A stretch of DNA of 64,000 nucleotides from Macrostomum lignano (lineage: Eukaryota): positions 55,800-119,799 of the forward strand of contig NIVC01001968.1 in NCBI GenBank assembly GCA_002269645.1. Direction: 5' to 3'. The notes beneath the pieces are model-generated. The model did not search any database. It was given only the letters and a program-made list of their open reading frames with translations, and was not told where the DNA came from. Position numbers and translations under genes: made by a program. Below are positions 12,996 through 24,688 of the stretch, in pieces (positions within the stretch are counted from its first letter, which is position 1; each line of letters opens with the position of its first letter).

Positions 12996-13659
12996 GGAGA
13001 AAGGAATAGAAGCCTAGAAGAGACAGGGGGGGGGAGGAAAGAGCTGAGAAGTAACCAGCCTAGAAGAGACAGGGGGGGGGGGGAGGAAAGAGCTGAGAAG
13101 TAGCCAGCCTGGAAGCCAGGCGAGACTGAGGGGAGAGGGGTGAGCCGCGGAAGAATCCATGAATTCTGAGCCGTTCTGAGCCGGCCTTCTGAAGTGGGTA
13201 CCCAAGCCGAAGCCCCGCAATGCTAGAAGCAGATCGCTAATTATTCTGCATGCTTGCGGGCCCGCTTTGCTCTCATTTTCAGAGATAGCTCTTCGTAGAT
13301 CTATTTTCTTCCACTCGTTGGTTTCGGCCTCTCGAATCGGCTTCTCAAAAAAAGGAGCCGTTTTTTTCTCCGTCTCTAGTAGTCCGTCTAGCTTTCCCTA
13401 TGAAGTTTGCCGCCATGCACGGTATTATGATATAGGTAGACTGCTTTGATTAGTTAGTATATAGGTGTGTATTGTGGTTTTTTGACTAGCATTATAAAAT
13501 ATACCGCCTCTTCCTGAGCGCGTTCGGTGCGAACTTTTGCGACTGTGCTTGAGTTCTTGAGTGAGTTCTCGCTTCTTTTTATTGCTTGTCGTCTCGGTGT
13601 GTCATTGTGTTGGGGTTGTCAGGCGTGATGACGGGTGGACCTGGTAAAGAAAGGGGGAT

Positions 13660-14262
13660 AGGAGAGAAAGAGGGAGAGAAGGAGAGAAAGCGGGAGAGAA
13701 GGAGAGAAAGAGGGAGAGAAGGAGAGAAAGAGGGAGAGAAGGAGAGAAAGCGGGAGAGAAGGAGAGAAAGAGGGAGAGAAGGAGAGAAAGAGGGAGAGAA
13801 GGAGAGAAGGAGGGAAGGAGGGAGAGAAGGAGGGGAGGAGGGAGAGAAGGAGGGAAGGAGGGAGAGAAGGAGGGAAGGAGGGAGAGAAGGAGGGAAGGAG
13901 GGAGAGAAGGAGGGAAGGAGGGAGAGAAGGAGGGCCGGAAGGAGGGAGAGAAGGAGGGAAGGAGGGAGAGAAGGAGGGAAGGAGGGAGAGAAGGAGGGAA
14001 GGAGGGAGAGAAGGAGGGAAGGAGGGAGAGAAGGAGGGAAGGAGGGAGAGAAGGAGGGAAGGAGGGAGAGAAGGAGGGAAGGAGGGAGAGAAGGAGGGCC
14101 GGAAGGAGGGAGAGAAGGAGGGAAGGAGGGAGAGAAGGAGGGAAAGAGGGAGAGAAGGAGGGAAGGAGGGAGAGAAGGAGGGAAGGAGGGAGAGAAGGAG
14201 GGAAGGAGGGAGAGAAGGAGGGAAGAAGGGAGAGAAGGAGGGAAGGAGGGAGAGAAGGAGAG
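13660..14262. repeat. 20-bp polypurine repeat (GGAGAGAAGGAGGGAAGGAG)n
   Basis: Direct reading; source of four spurious overlapping ORFs. Confidence 0.96.
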
Positions 14263-14855
14263 AACGAAGGAAACGGTAGGACAGAGCAAGCAAGAACAAG
14301 CGAGAAAGCAATTGCCGCCAAATACCCCCAGTGCAGTATTGTTAACGCGCATCAGCGCAAGTGTGTATTTATAGATATGCTATCAAATCGAGAAGCATTC
14401 GAGCGAGGAGGTGGCTAGAGGGGTATAGAAAGAGAGAGAAGCAGGGATCCGCTGTTGTTTGATCCTTGCCGCCGCAATCCCCCCTCCCTCCGTATTATGC
14501 GGAGGTGTAGAGGCGGTTCAGGAAGGACTGTTTGTTGTAAGCCGCTTGTGTCCCGCTCTCTATCCAATCCGACCTGCCTGCCCCCCTGGTTGCGTCAGTG
14601 CATTCGATGAAGGCCGGCCCTTTAAAAGGAAGTGCCGCCCAAGCCACCTCATCCGCCCGGGGCGCAAATCACATCAAAGAGATTCACCGCCGCTGGCCTC
14701 GCTATATTTCTCTACATTGAACGGCCAGAACCCGGTTTTCAGACAACTGTAGTCTTGATAATAAGATAAAAGCGAGTTTGAATTCTCCGCGTTTGAGTAA
14801 AACTTCTGCACTTTCTTAGCTTGTCGTTGTGAAGTTTCAATTGAATACTCGTAAA

Positions 14856-15128
14856 AATTGATTACACCTGCCCAATTGGGCCAGATGTGCAACCGACAGC
14901 TCAGCCGCAGCTATTGCGCGGCGCATCTGAAGGCTGCGTACGGCTGTTCAGTCCAATGACTGAGGGGGGGGGGGTCGCCACACAGCCTCAATTACCCCAG
15001 CTAATGCTGGCACCCATTTTACAGCTGGGTGAACTGAAGCAATGCAGAGTTAAGTGTCTTGCTCAATGGGTCGAGAATCGAACCCACGACCTTTTAGTCG
15101 TGATTCCGACGCTCTAACCACTAGGCTA
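14856..15128 (-). mobile_element. tRNA-derived SINE, family A, copy 1
   Basis: Reverse complement has box A TAGCCTAGTGG and box B GGTTCGATTC, then TTGAGCAAGACACTTAACTCTGCATTGCTTCAGTTCACCCAGCTGTAAAATGGG; colinear with copies at 24.2 kb and 35.35 kb. Confidence 0.9.
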
Positions 15129-15575
15129 TAATTGCAAGCCTAGTATTACAATTTAAATAAATTACATGATGTGAAGTATGCTAACTCCAGATCCTGTTTT
15201 TGGGCTATCCTTGGGCCACTCTGCACTACTGCCTCATCCCTCAAAAGTTGTTACAGCATGGCATGGAAAATGAATTATGAATGCAAGTCGCCCTTAGGGC
15301 TATATACTCTCTGGTTTTATCTATTCAGATTACTTCGCACCCAAGCAAGGCCCAATTTGTGCAAGTGGGCGAACGGGCCCGTATATTATACTGTTATGCC
15401 TCCCCTGCAAGGTAAACAAAGACTCCGGCCAGTGACGTAACTAACACCTGTTATAGAGCATGCAGCAGGGTATGCATTGTGTAAATAACTGCACATGCGG
15501 CAATGTGACCCGGTTCGCATTGCGATTTTACAATCTACAAATGGATCAGGAGAAAATGTGTTTTCGAGTTTATGG

Positions 15576-16178
15576 ATGAGCATGGTAAAACAGGTATAAT
15601 TTATCAACAATTAAAATTATCTTCTGAATGACACTGTCCTTACTATTCTGCCAGACAGTAAGTATAGAATAGTATAGTATAGTATTGTATTGTTTAGTAT
15701 AGTATAGTATAGTATAGTATAGTATAGTGTATTGTATAGTATAGTATGGTATAGTATAGTATAGTATAGTATAGTATAGTATAGTATAGTATAGTATAGT
15801 ATAGTATAGTATAGTATAGTATAGTATAGTATAGTATAGTATAGTATATAGTATAGTATAGTATAGCATAGTTAGTATAGTATAGTTAGTATAGTATAGT
15901 ATAGTATAGTATAGTATAGTATATAGTATAGTATAGTATAGTTAGTATAGTATAGTATAGTATAGTATAGTATAGTATATAGTATAGTATAGTATAGTAT
16001 AGTATAGTATAGTATAGTATAGTATAGTATAGTATAGTATAGTATAGTATAGTATAGTATAGCATAGTTAGTATAGTATAGTATAGTATAGTATAGTATA
16101 GTATAGTATAGTAAGGACAGTGTCATTCAGAAGATAATTTTAATAGTTGATTAATTATCCCTGTTTCACCATGCTCAT
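15576..16178. mobile_element. MITE/foldback-like element: 70-bp inverted repeats enclosing a (TAGTA)n microsatellite
   Basis: 15576-15645 vs reverse complement of 16109-16178 match at 66/70 by hand alignment; core 15669-16112 is (TAGTA)n; no target-site duplication recognised. Confidence 0.75.
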
Positions 16179-16731
16179 AGTCACCATGTCCCCTTCTTCT
16201 TCCCTGTAATTTCTGCACCGCTTCTCTGCTTTCCGTTGGAACCGCCCACAAAATTTTTATTTGATCGATGAGTTTTCTTTTTTTCGAATTTTACGGACTA
16301 CTATAACCATACTACTGTGGCTAGTAGGGTTTAAAGGAAAATTAGACTGTAAAAAATAGACAAATTGGGAAAAAAGACCTTATACTGGATTTTTCTTCTA
16401 GATAGTCTGTAAAAAGTCTGCTAGTGCATTTAGTATGCTATCAAGAAATCGAGATTTTTCTTCTGACTCTATAGAGTTGACTCAAACAATTTAACAACAT
16501 TACCAAATTCTAGCAGTTTCTTTATCTCCTTTATTATATAATGAGTGATGAGTATAGTTCTCATGAATAAATTTATTCATGAGGGCTTGTTCAGACAGAG
16601 TAGTAAATTATACTGTAACTCGTAACAGCTATTAGCAAAAATTGGTCGGATTTTACAGAAGTTCAGTACATCCTGGTGTGGCGATCAGATTATGATTTAC
16701 TCTCTCTTCTCTTTTCCCCTAGTCTCCTCGA

Positions 16732-16850
16732 TCTCCTCTCCTCTCCTCTCCTCTCCTCTCCTCTCCTCTCCTCTCCTCTCTTTTCCTTTCCTTTCCTTTC
16801 CTCTCCTCTCTTCTCTCCTCTCCTATCTCCTATCTCCTATTTTGTTTCTG
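16732..16850. repeat. (CTCTC)n / (CCTTT)n pyrimidine microsatellite
   Basis: Direct reading. Confidence 0.9.
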
Positions 16851-18024
16851 TCCTATCTCCTTTCCTTTGGCCCCGCAGTCATGCTTTAGGTCCTCTCTCT
16901 AGTCTTTGAAGTAAAAAGGTTTGCCGGGTCCCGCACTAGGGTGTGCAGTGATTTTGTCTGCCATGCGATAATACCATGGACACGATATTTTATTGACTAA
17001 TTGATAAGGCCCACTCTCGACGTCTGTGACGATCGTGCACTGCCATCAGACGTGTGGCAATACATGTCCATTATATTAACATTTTGAGCGTCCCTAATCG
17101 AACCATAGACATCAATTCCATCAGAAACCTGTACTTCGAGTACAATGCATCGATGAAGAAATAACACAAGGTAACCTGGATTGCTCTTCGGCGAAATTTT
17201 TGTGGCCCTGACCCAGCCCGAATGAAGCTCCCGACGCGAGTGTTATGGACCGATGGCCGATGACCGATGGCAAGCGTATTATCGGTGGCTATACAGTCAG
17301 CCGTTTTGCGAGTAGTCAGGTACAGATTGAAGTACAACCGTACATGTATTATGTAAAAAGTCATTTTTACACACAAACATCAGTTTCTGGTAGCTGTATT
17401 ATAAATATCAGTTATTTATTGAATATATTGTTTGAAATCGACAGAGTCTGTAACGGAATCTGTAAAATATTTTACGTGTAATAAAAAATATCATAAAAGC
17501 GAAAAAATCACGGATAAACAGGAGCTCATAAAAGGCGAGCATTCGATACAAAATGTAGATGTAACCATGGAAAATATTTTCTTATAACACTGGTGACACG
17601 GAACGGGATATATACTGCACATAGTTTTTTTCAAATGTACGAGTTGTAATATTCTGTTTTTCTGTTAAAATATTATAAATCGCGTAGTGCACTGTAAACG
17701 CCGAAGTGAATCTACATGTAACTAAAAGCGACTACAGTGAATAAAATAAATTGTGCAGAATACACTTAAATAAGCATTGTTTGATTCGGAAGATGCAGTA
17801 GAAAATATAAGGACAAAAAATTAATGCGTTGAAAAAAAATAAATGTAGAGCTAAACATGTTTTTGTGCGTGCTATATTGCGATTCAACAGTGTTGGATAG
17901 AACGTTTTAATATAACAGTTTTAATAGAAGAGAAAAAGAAAAACTATGCAGAGAAGTAAAAAAATGATGGTGAAGATTCAGGAGATTGCTAGTCTACAAG
18001 GGCAAAAATATTTTGCTCTGCATT

Positions 18025-19053
18025 CTACTTGGCCAGCATCAGTGGCGAGCTGGGCCCGCTGGACTCCGCGCTGTTTCCAGTGCTGCTCGCAGTCGGCGTT
18101 GTGGTCGCCGCCGGACTCGGGATGGCCACTGACAGATCGTCGCAGCTCCAGATGCTGTTGTAGTCCGTTTTGAATTGCCACGACAGTTGCGGCTCCGGTT
18201 GCTGAAGCTGCTGTTGGTGCCGAGCACCCCAGGGCATTACCCAGTACATCATCTGATGCTGCAACTGCTGGTGCTGCTGCCTGAGCATCTGGTGATGCGA
18301 ATGTGGCCTGCTGTGCGATCTGGGTGGCTGACGGAGCTTCTTGCTGCCAAATTTGGTCTGGGCGAATGCGGCGGCCGTGTAGCATTCCTGCTGCTGCTGG
18401 CGCTGCTGGAACATCCACAGAGGGTCGGGCACGAGTGGCTGAATAGCGCACGGATGCTGCTGCTGCTGCTGCTGCTGTTCTTGTTGTTGCTGTTCGAGAG
18501 ACTCTGCCGAATCTGCTGCCGCCGTTTCCGACGAATAGAGCTGGGTCACTGATCCTGTTGGTTTGAGCAATACAGTGGAAAAGTTGACGTCTTATCAATA
18601 AAGTGCATCATTGACTGTCAAGATCTTTCTGTATCTACACACGTAGCCTGTCACTACCGATCCTATGAATTAATCAGGCGTTTTAGACTCTTAAATTACG
18701 TAATACTAAATATGAAGATAATATTACCGACCTTTCCCGCCAACCCTGCAGGACACTTCGCCAGGATCAATCCACAGAGTCAGATTCTGCGGCAGGTGCT
18801 TCATCAGCTCGCCGACGTCTAGCCCAGTCTCCTTGGCCGCCTCCAGTAAGATCGGATCAGACTGTTCGCCAGAAATTTTCAAACAACGAAAAGCGGTGCC
18901 CTTCAGCGGCTGGTCTGGGTACCAGTGACCCTGAAACTTGGCCGTCAGGTTGCAGTCTAGCTGCTCGCCGAACAAGTTCACCCGACGTCTCGGCAGCCGG
19001 TTGTACAGGAATGACAGGACGAAATTCACCGCGATCGACACTTCGGCGCGCAT
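18025..19053 (-). CDS. Tob: Tob (BTG/Tob antiproliferative family), 2 coding exons: 19053-18732 and 18554-18025, 283 aa
   Basis: MRAEVSIAVNFVLSFLYNRLPRRRVNLFGEQL..HWYPDQPLKGTAFRC (box A) and LPQNLTLWIDPGEVS (box B). The Tob-specific YTAAAFAQTKFGSKKLR lies in exon 2. Phase-1 intron AAAG|GTCGGT...CAACAG|GATCAGTG joins KG-SVTQLY. Confidence 0.95.
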
Positions 19054-19980
19054 GTTAAAACTTTGCTACCACCGGTCCGATGAGTTAAAACAGTTTTTTT
19101 GCCAAACTGCGTGGTCTGAATTGAGAGTTTCATTCAAAACTGTACCCCATCTTCGCTCCCATATATATATATATATATAGACTGGCCAGTGTTCGGGAAG
19201 GATTTTCACTCTCGCCAGGTTTGGGAGATGAGAATAATCTCTGGGCCAATGAGCATCCGGGGGTGAGAAATTCAGCATTCGGGTGAACGAACTCTTGGAG
19301 GGGACGGAATGAGGAGTAGGCGGGGAAAAGGTTGATGTTAGCCTATTTTTAGCCCGGCCAATGCACGGGACTTCCTGTTCCACTCCTCATCGCATTCAGT
19401 TGGGGATGCTAATTAGTCTGAAGAGGCGCGTGGGCAGCGGCGCACCACCGCCTGAATTGGATGCCGGATGTGCGACCGCCCGAAGCGGCTGCACTGGCAC
19501 TGAGGGGGTGAGGGGGCAGAGCTGAAAATAGTTGCTTGTTTTTTGTTATTTTTTTCATCCATTTCAAATTTGCAGACGATACAAAAATCGGCTTGCTTAG
19601 GGCTGAACCTGCTAGCAATACACATGCATGTACACAGTTAGTAAGCCAGTGGCACAACCCACCTTCAGTGCATCAGAGCCTACTGTTAATGGATTGAAGA
19701 CATATGATACACGAGTCTGTGTAAGAGACCCTATCATGCGTGTAATGCTGTAGGAGGAGAAGGTGGGAATCGGACTGATTGGCTGCCCTGAATTAAGGAA
19801 AATAAAAAAGGATTAAATTTCAGAGGGTATTCAGATCGCGGGGGAGGGAGAGAGGACAGAAAGACAGATACAGCCTCAGGGATTTTGAGAATGCGAGAAA
19901 TTGCAATCGGGGAAGTGTCAGGTGTTAAGAATGAAATAGAACCATACCGCTGAATAGTCAACAGTGGATGAGATCGATGG

Positions 19981-20455
19981 ATGAGAGATCAGAGGGAGAT
20001 TGAAGAGAGATCAGAAGGAGATTGAAGAGAGATCAAAGATGGAAGAGAGATTAGAGATGGAAGAGAGATCAGAGATGGAGGAAAGATTAAAGATGGAAGA
20101 GAGATCAGAGATTGAAGAGAGATCAAAGATGGAGGACAGATCGAGATGGAAGAGAGATCAGAGATGGAAGAGAGATTAGAGATGGAAGAGAGATCAGAGA
20201 TGGAAGAGAGATTAGAGATGGAAGAGAGATCAGAGATGGAAGAGAGACCAGAGATGGAAGAGAGATCAGAGATGGAAGAGAGACCAGAGATGGAAGAGAG
20301 ATCAGAGATGGAAGAGAGATCAGAGATGGAAGAGAGATCAGAGATGGAAGAGAGATCAGAGATGGAAGAGAGATCAGAGATGGAAGAGAGATCAGAGATG
20401 GAAGAGAGATCAGAGATGGAAGAGAGATCAGAGATGGAAGAGAGATTAGAGAGAT
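19981..20455. repeat. 18-bp minisatellite (GAGATCAGAGATGGAAGA)n
   Basis: Direct reading. Confidence 0.96.
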
Positions 20456-21412
20456 TCCGCAGTAATTTCTTAGCAGCCCAAGAAGTGCACGCTATTGAAG
20501 CGATCAAAATACCAAAAAAATGATAACTTTCTAAAAGCAAGTCAATAAACAAATGATACAAACAAAGTTGACTTGGGTTTGATAGTCACATAATACTGAC
20601 GCCAATATTGGAATGAAATTGAAGTACTTCTAGCATCTCTGAGAGGCTTCGGGCCGATGGAAAGAGTCCTGAAACTGGGTATTGGGAGAGGAAAAATCGA
20701 TCGAGCGGCAGTGCTGACGGAGACCGGGGGCTGTTTGAGAAGCAGTCTGAGCTGCCTGCGTCGGCAGTGAGTCTAAAAATATCCCAGTCTGTCCTGTTCC
20801 TCACGGCACTGCCTGCTCGCGATTTCATACCCCCCACCCGACCAACCCTTCCCACCCGCAGGCCACCAGGGAAGGAATCTGAGCAGGGAGTCGGCTGCCC
20901 GCCCACACACCAAGCCAGCCCGGGGGGGAAGAGAGGCGTGAGAACTCTCTACTCGCTCTCTCTCTGGGGGCGGGGGGTTCTGTGCGTAGGCTGCTGGAAG
21001 CTGGGACTAATCCAGACATCCTTATCCCTCTTTCATTTCAGCAATGTCGCCCGGCCTATTCTGGGTCCGAATCTATTTTTATCTCAAGTCTAAATTTAGA
21101 CAGTCGCTATTTATAATCTTGCCCTAGTTGTGCCCTTTTATTAGAGAGAGAATTGCTTGCAGACTGATTGATTGGGGTTTGGCAGGCCTTGCGGGACAGA
21201 AATAGCAGACCGGCCATGGGCCTGCACTGGGCCTGATAACGGAAAATGCAGTCTGCAGCCCAGACAATTCAATGTCATCCACTCGCCGACGTTAGTTACT
21301 TGTTTAGTGTGTAAATAAGAATTGACAATCTTGCCCCATCCGCGAATATATTTACCATTCAGCGAAGATAATTAATGGCTGGCTTAAACGGGATGTCTGG
21401 CTTAAACGGGGC

Positions 21413-22455
21413 GTTTTTTACTGATTCAAAAGGGTCGTTTCTTACTGATTCAAAAGGGACGTTTCTTACTGATTCAAAAGCGACGCTTCTTACTGATTCA
21501 AAAGCGACGTTTCTTACTGATTCAAAAGCGACGCTTCTTACTGATTCAAAAGGGACGTTTCTTACTGATTCAAAAGAGACGTTTCTTACTGATTCAAAAG
21601 GGACGTTTCTTACTGATTCAATAGGGACGTTTCTTACTGATTCAAAAGGGGCGTTTCTTACTGATTCAAAAGCGACTCTTCTTACTGATTCAAAAGCGAC
21701 GCTTCTTACTGATTCAAAAGGGGCGTTTCTTACTGATTCAAAAGCGACGCTTCTTACTGATTCAAGAGGGACGTTTCTTACTGATTCAAGAGGGACGTTT
21801 CTTACTGATTCAAAAGGGTCGTTTCTTACTGATTCAAAAGGGTCGTTTCTTACTGATTCAAAAGAGACGTTTCTTACTGATTCAAAAGGGTCGTTTCTTA
21901 CTGATTCAAAAGGGTCGTTTCTTACTGATTCAAAAAGGACGTTTCTTACTGATTCAAAAGGGTCGTTTCTTACTGATTCAAAAGGACGTTTCTTACTGAT
22001 TCAAAAAGGACGTTTCTTACTGATTCAAAAGCGACGCTTCTTACTGATTCAAAAGGGGCGTTTCTTACTGATTCAAAAGCGACGCTTCTTACTGATTCAA
22101 AAGGGACGTTTCTTACTGATTCAAAAAGGACGTTTCTTACTGATTCAAAAGGGTTGTTTCTTACTGATTCAAAAGAGACGCTTCTTACTGATTCAAAAGG
22201 GGCGTTTCTTACTGATTCAAAAGCGACGTTTCTTACTGATTCAAAAAGGACGTTTCTTACTGATGATTCTTAAAGGACGCTTCTTACTGATTCAAAAAGG
22301 ACGTTTCTTACTGATTCAAAAGCGACTCTTCTTACTGATTCAAAAGCGACGCTTCTTACTGATTCAAAAAGGACGTTTCTTACTGATTCAAAAGCGACTC
22401 TTCTTACTGATTCAAAAGGGAATTTTCTTACTGATTCAATAGGGACATGTCTTAC
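21413..22455. repeat. 24-bp (with 23-bp variant) minisatellite (TTCTTACTGATTCAAAAGGGACGT)n
   Basis: Direct reading; the 355-aa ORF shifts from FLTDSKGT to FLLIQKGR at a unit-length change. Confidence 0.96.
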
Positions 22456-23051
22456 TTAAATTTAAGTTTTAAATTAAAATTTTATTAATGACGGACAGAA
22501 TATTCAGATATCATGATATCAAGAATAGGTCAGCTCCGGCTTGAGGCTTAAATTCTACACTGCGGTTGTCGACTAAGCTTCTACAGCAATATATTTTTAT
22601 TCCCAACCCTGAGGGATTTGGGATCAAACAATAGTCGCTCTTCTTGTTTGCTGTGCTCTTGTTCGGCTTTACAGCCTACACTGAGTCAATAATCTTGCAC
22701 GTCGGACAAATCAATAAAAACAGATTTCCAAACCCTGTTTATGCTACTGAACACTAATATGCGAGTAGTGCAGCTGGGATCTAGGCGCCGCAATTTAATC
22801 ATCGGTGTTTACTATAGACCTCTCGTGATGTTGAACAATAGTGGATTGGGAAGAGAAACCGACCCTTGTAACTTCCGGGTCGCAAGTCTCCAAGCTGAGC
22901 AGGGCTGAGTAGGCTGAGCAGACTCAGGGCGGATGCTGAACTTCCGGCAACTAGAAAGCCAAGAAAGCCAGCTGAAAGCAAAGTCCGATTCCCGGATATC
23001 TTGCGCTGGCTTCCTCACAAGGCTTGTGCCTCTGTTCGGCGCCGCACGGCT

Positions 23052-23222
23052 ATTGGACCTATTGGTCCGTTCTCCAAGTATGCCTTGACAAGCGGACTGG
23101 CTTATTGACTGATCGCGGACCGAGGATATCTCTATATAGGGCACTGTTGGATTAGCTCAATGGTTTGGCTTTCATTACACGCGCGGGACAGAGCACTCAG
23201 GCTACTGTTGGGCATATTCAAG
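23052..23222 (+). promoter_or_regulatory. Putative Ddc promoter and non-coding first exon (two inverted CCAAT boxes, TATA-like TATATA, donor AG|GTAAGT at 23223)
   Basis: ATTGG at 23052 and 23061, TATATA at 23133-23138, perfect donor at 23223; candidate acceptor TTTGCAG| at 24659, 29 nt before the Ddc ATG. Confidence 0.55.
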
Positions 23223-23280
23223 GTAAGTTTGAGAATGTAAACTGCCGATTTTTTGTGTTCAGACAAACCAAAACTTTTTT

Positions 23281-23535
23281 ACTGTCACTGATTCCCTCTC
23301 TGATCATTCAGTGAGCTGTCACTGATTCCCTCTCTGATCATTCAGTGAACTGTCACTGATTCCCTCTCTGATCATTCAGTGAACTGTTACTGATTCCCTC
23401 TCTGATCATTCAGTGAGCTGTCACTGATTCCCTCTCTGATCATTCAGTGAACTGTCACTGATTCCCTCTCTGATCATTCAGTGAACTGTCACTGATTCCC
23501 TCTCTGATCATTCAGTGAACTGTCACTGATTCCTT
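23281..23535. repeat. 34-bp minisatellite (ACTGTCACTGATTCCCTCTCTGATCATTCAGTGA)n
   Basis: Period 34 (23282, 23316...). Confidence 0.96.
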
Positions 23536-24220
23536 CCCTGGTGCTGCAGTATATTAGATGAATCGCAAAGTACCAGTAATTAATATTTAGTCGATAAAGT
23601 TAAATGCGAGGGTCAGTTGACGCAAGTGAGTAGCGATGTACTGTAGCAGTGCAGGTAGCAAAGCTGGACTGGTCTAGGCCTGCACCGTGAAGATACTAGT
23701 GTGTACTGCAAGCAATTACTATAAGCTAATCAGTTGAAAGAGTGACATTCCGAAAGCCTGTTGGACCTCAATGAGAGACAATTTCTGTATCAGTCGGAAC
23801 AACTTCATGCTGGCTGTTGCAGCTGCGGTAGATAACTTATCACCTCTGCTTTTCTCTAACCCCTCTTTCTTGGCCTTTGCCGATCGTGTATGTCAGGCTT
23901 TATAGCCGCTTTGGAAACGTTAATGTACCGTAAATGCACGTCCATTCCCTGAACATGTGTCTGGATGTCAATTAAAGCAAGACTATAGCGAGAAAATCTC
24001 CGAAGCGTATATAAGAAAAGATTTTTCTGTAACTCTTTTGCTTTAACTAAAACTGCTTTTCTTCGCGGGTGACACTAAAGGTTCGTTCTGTTGATTTTCA
24101 ATCTTCTTTTTGCAAAGGTTATTTCAAGTCATTGTCCCATGTTGTTGCTGACTTGAGTCATTTAATTCTAAACAAATAAAGATATCTTTTTGAAAAGCAT
24201 AGAATGACTTAATAATAGTT

Positions 24221-24517
24221 ATAATAATTGATTACACCTGCCGAAGTGGGCAGATGTGCAACCGACGGCTCAGCCGCAGCTATTACGCTGCGCATCTGAA
24301 GTCTGCGGACGGCTGTTCAGTCCATGAACTGGGGGGTCGCCACACACTCTCTCAATTATCCCAGCCAATGCTGGAACCCATTTTACAGCTGGGTGAACTG
24401 AAGCACTGCAGAGTTAAGTGTCTTGCTCAAGGACGAAAATTGTTCCTAGTGAGTCAAGAATCGAACCCCGACCTTCAAGTCGTGAGTCCGACGCTCTGAC
24501 CACTAGGACACAACCCC
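24221..24517 (-). mobile_element. tRNA-derived SINE, family A, copy 2
   Basis: Reverse complement GGGTTGTGTCCTAGTGGTCAGAGCGTCGGACTCACGACTTGAAGGTCGGGGTTCGATTC head, shared core and AAT-rich tail. Confidence 0.9.
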
Positions 24518-24688
24518 TAGACTTTATGACTTTATGCGTGAATAATATTTTGTTACTGTTCTTAGTAGCATGGCTGATAAGTTGATATTTCTCTGAGACA
24601 AGACTCAAGCAAAGTCGACCAGAGAAAAATAGCCCCTGTAACTCGAAATGACTTTGCAGAGACTAAGGCTCAATCAAATCCAATCGAA

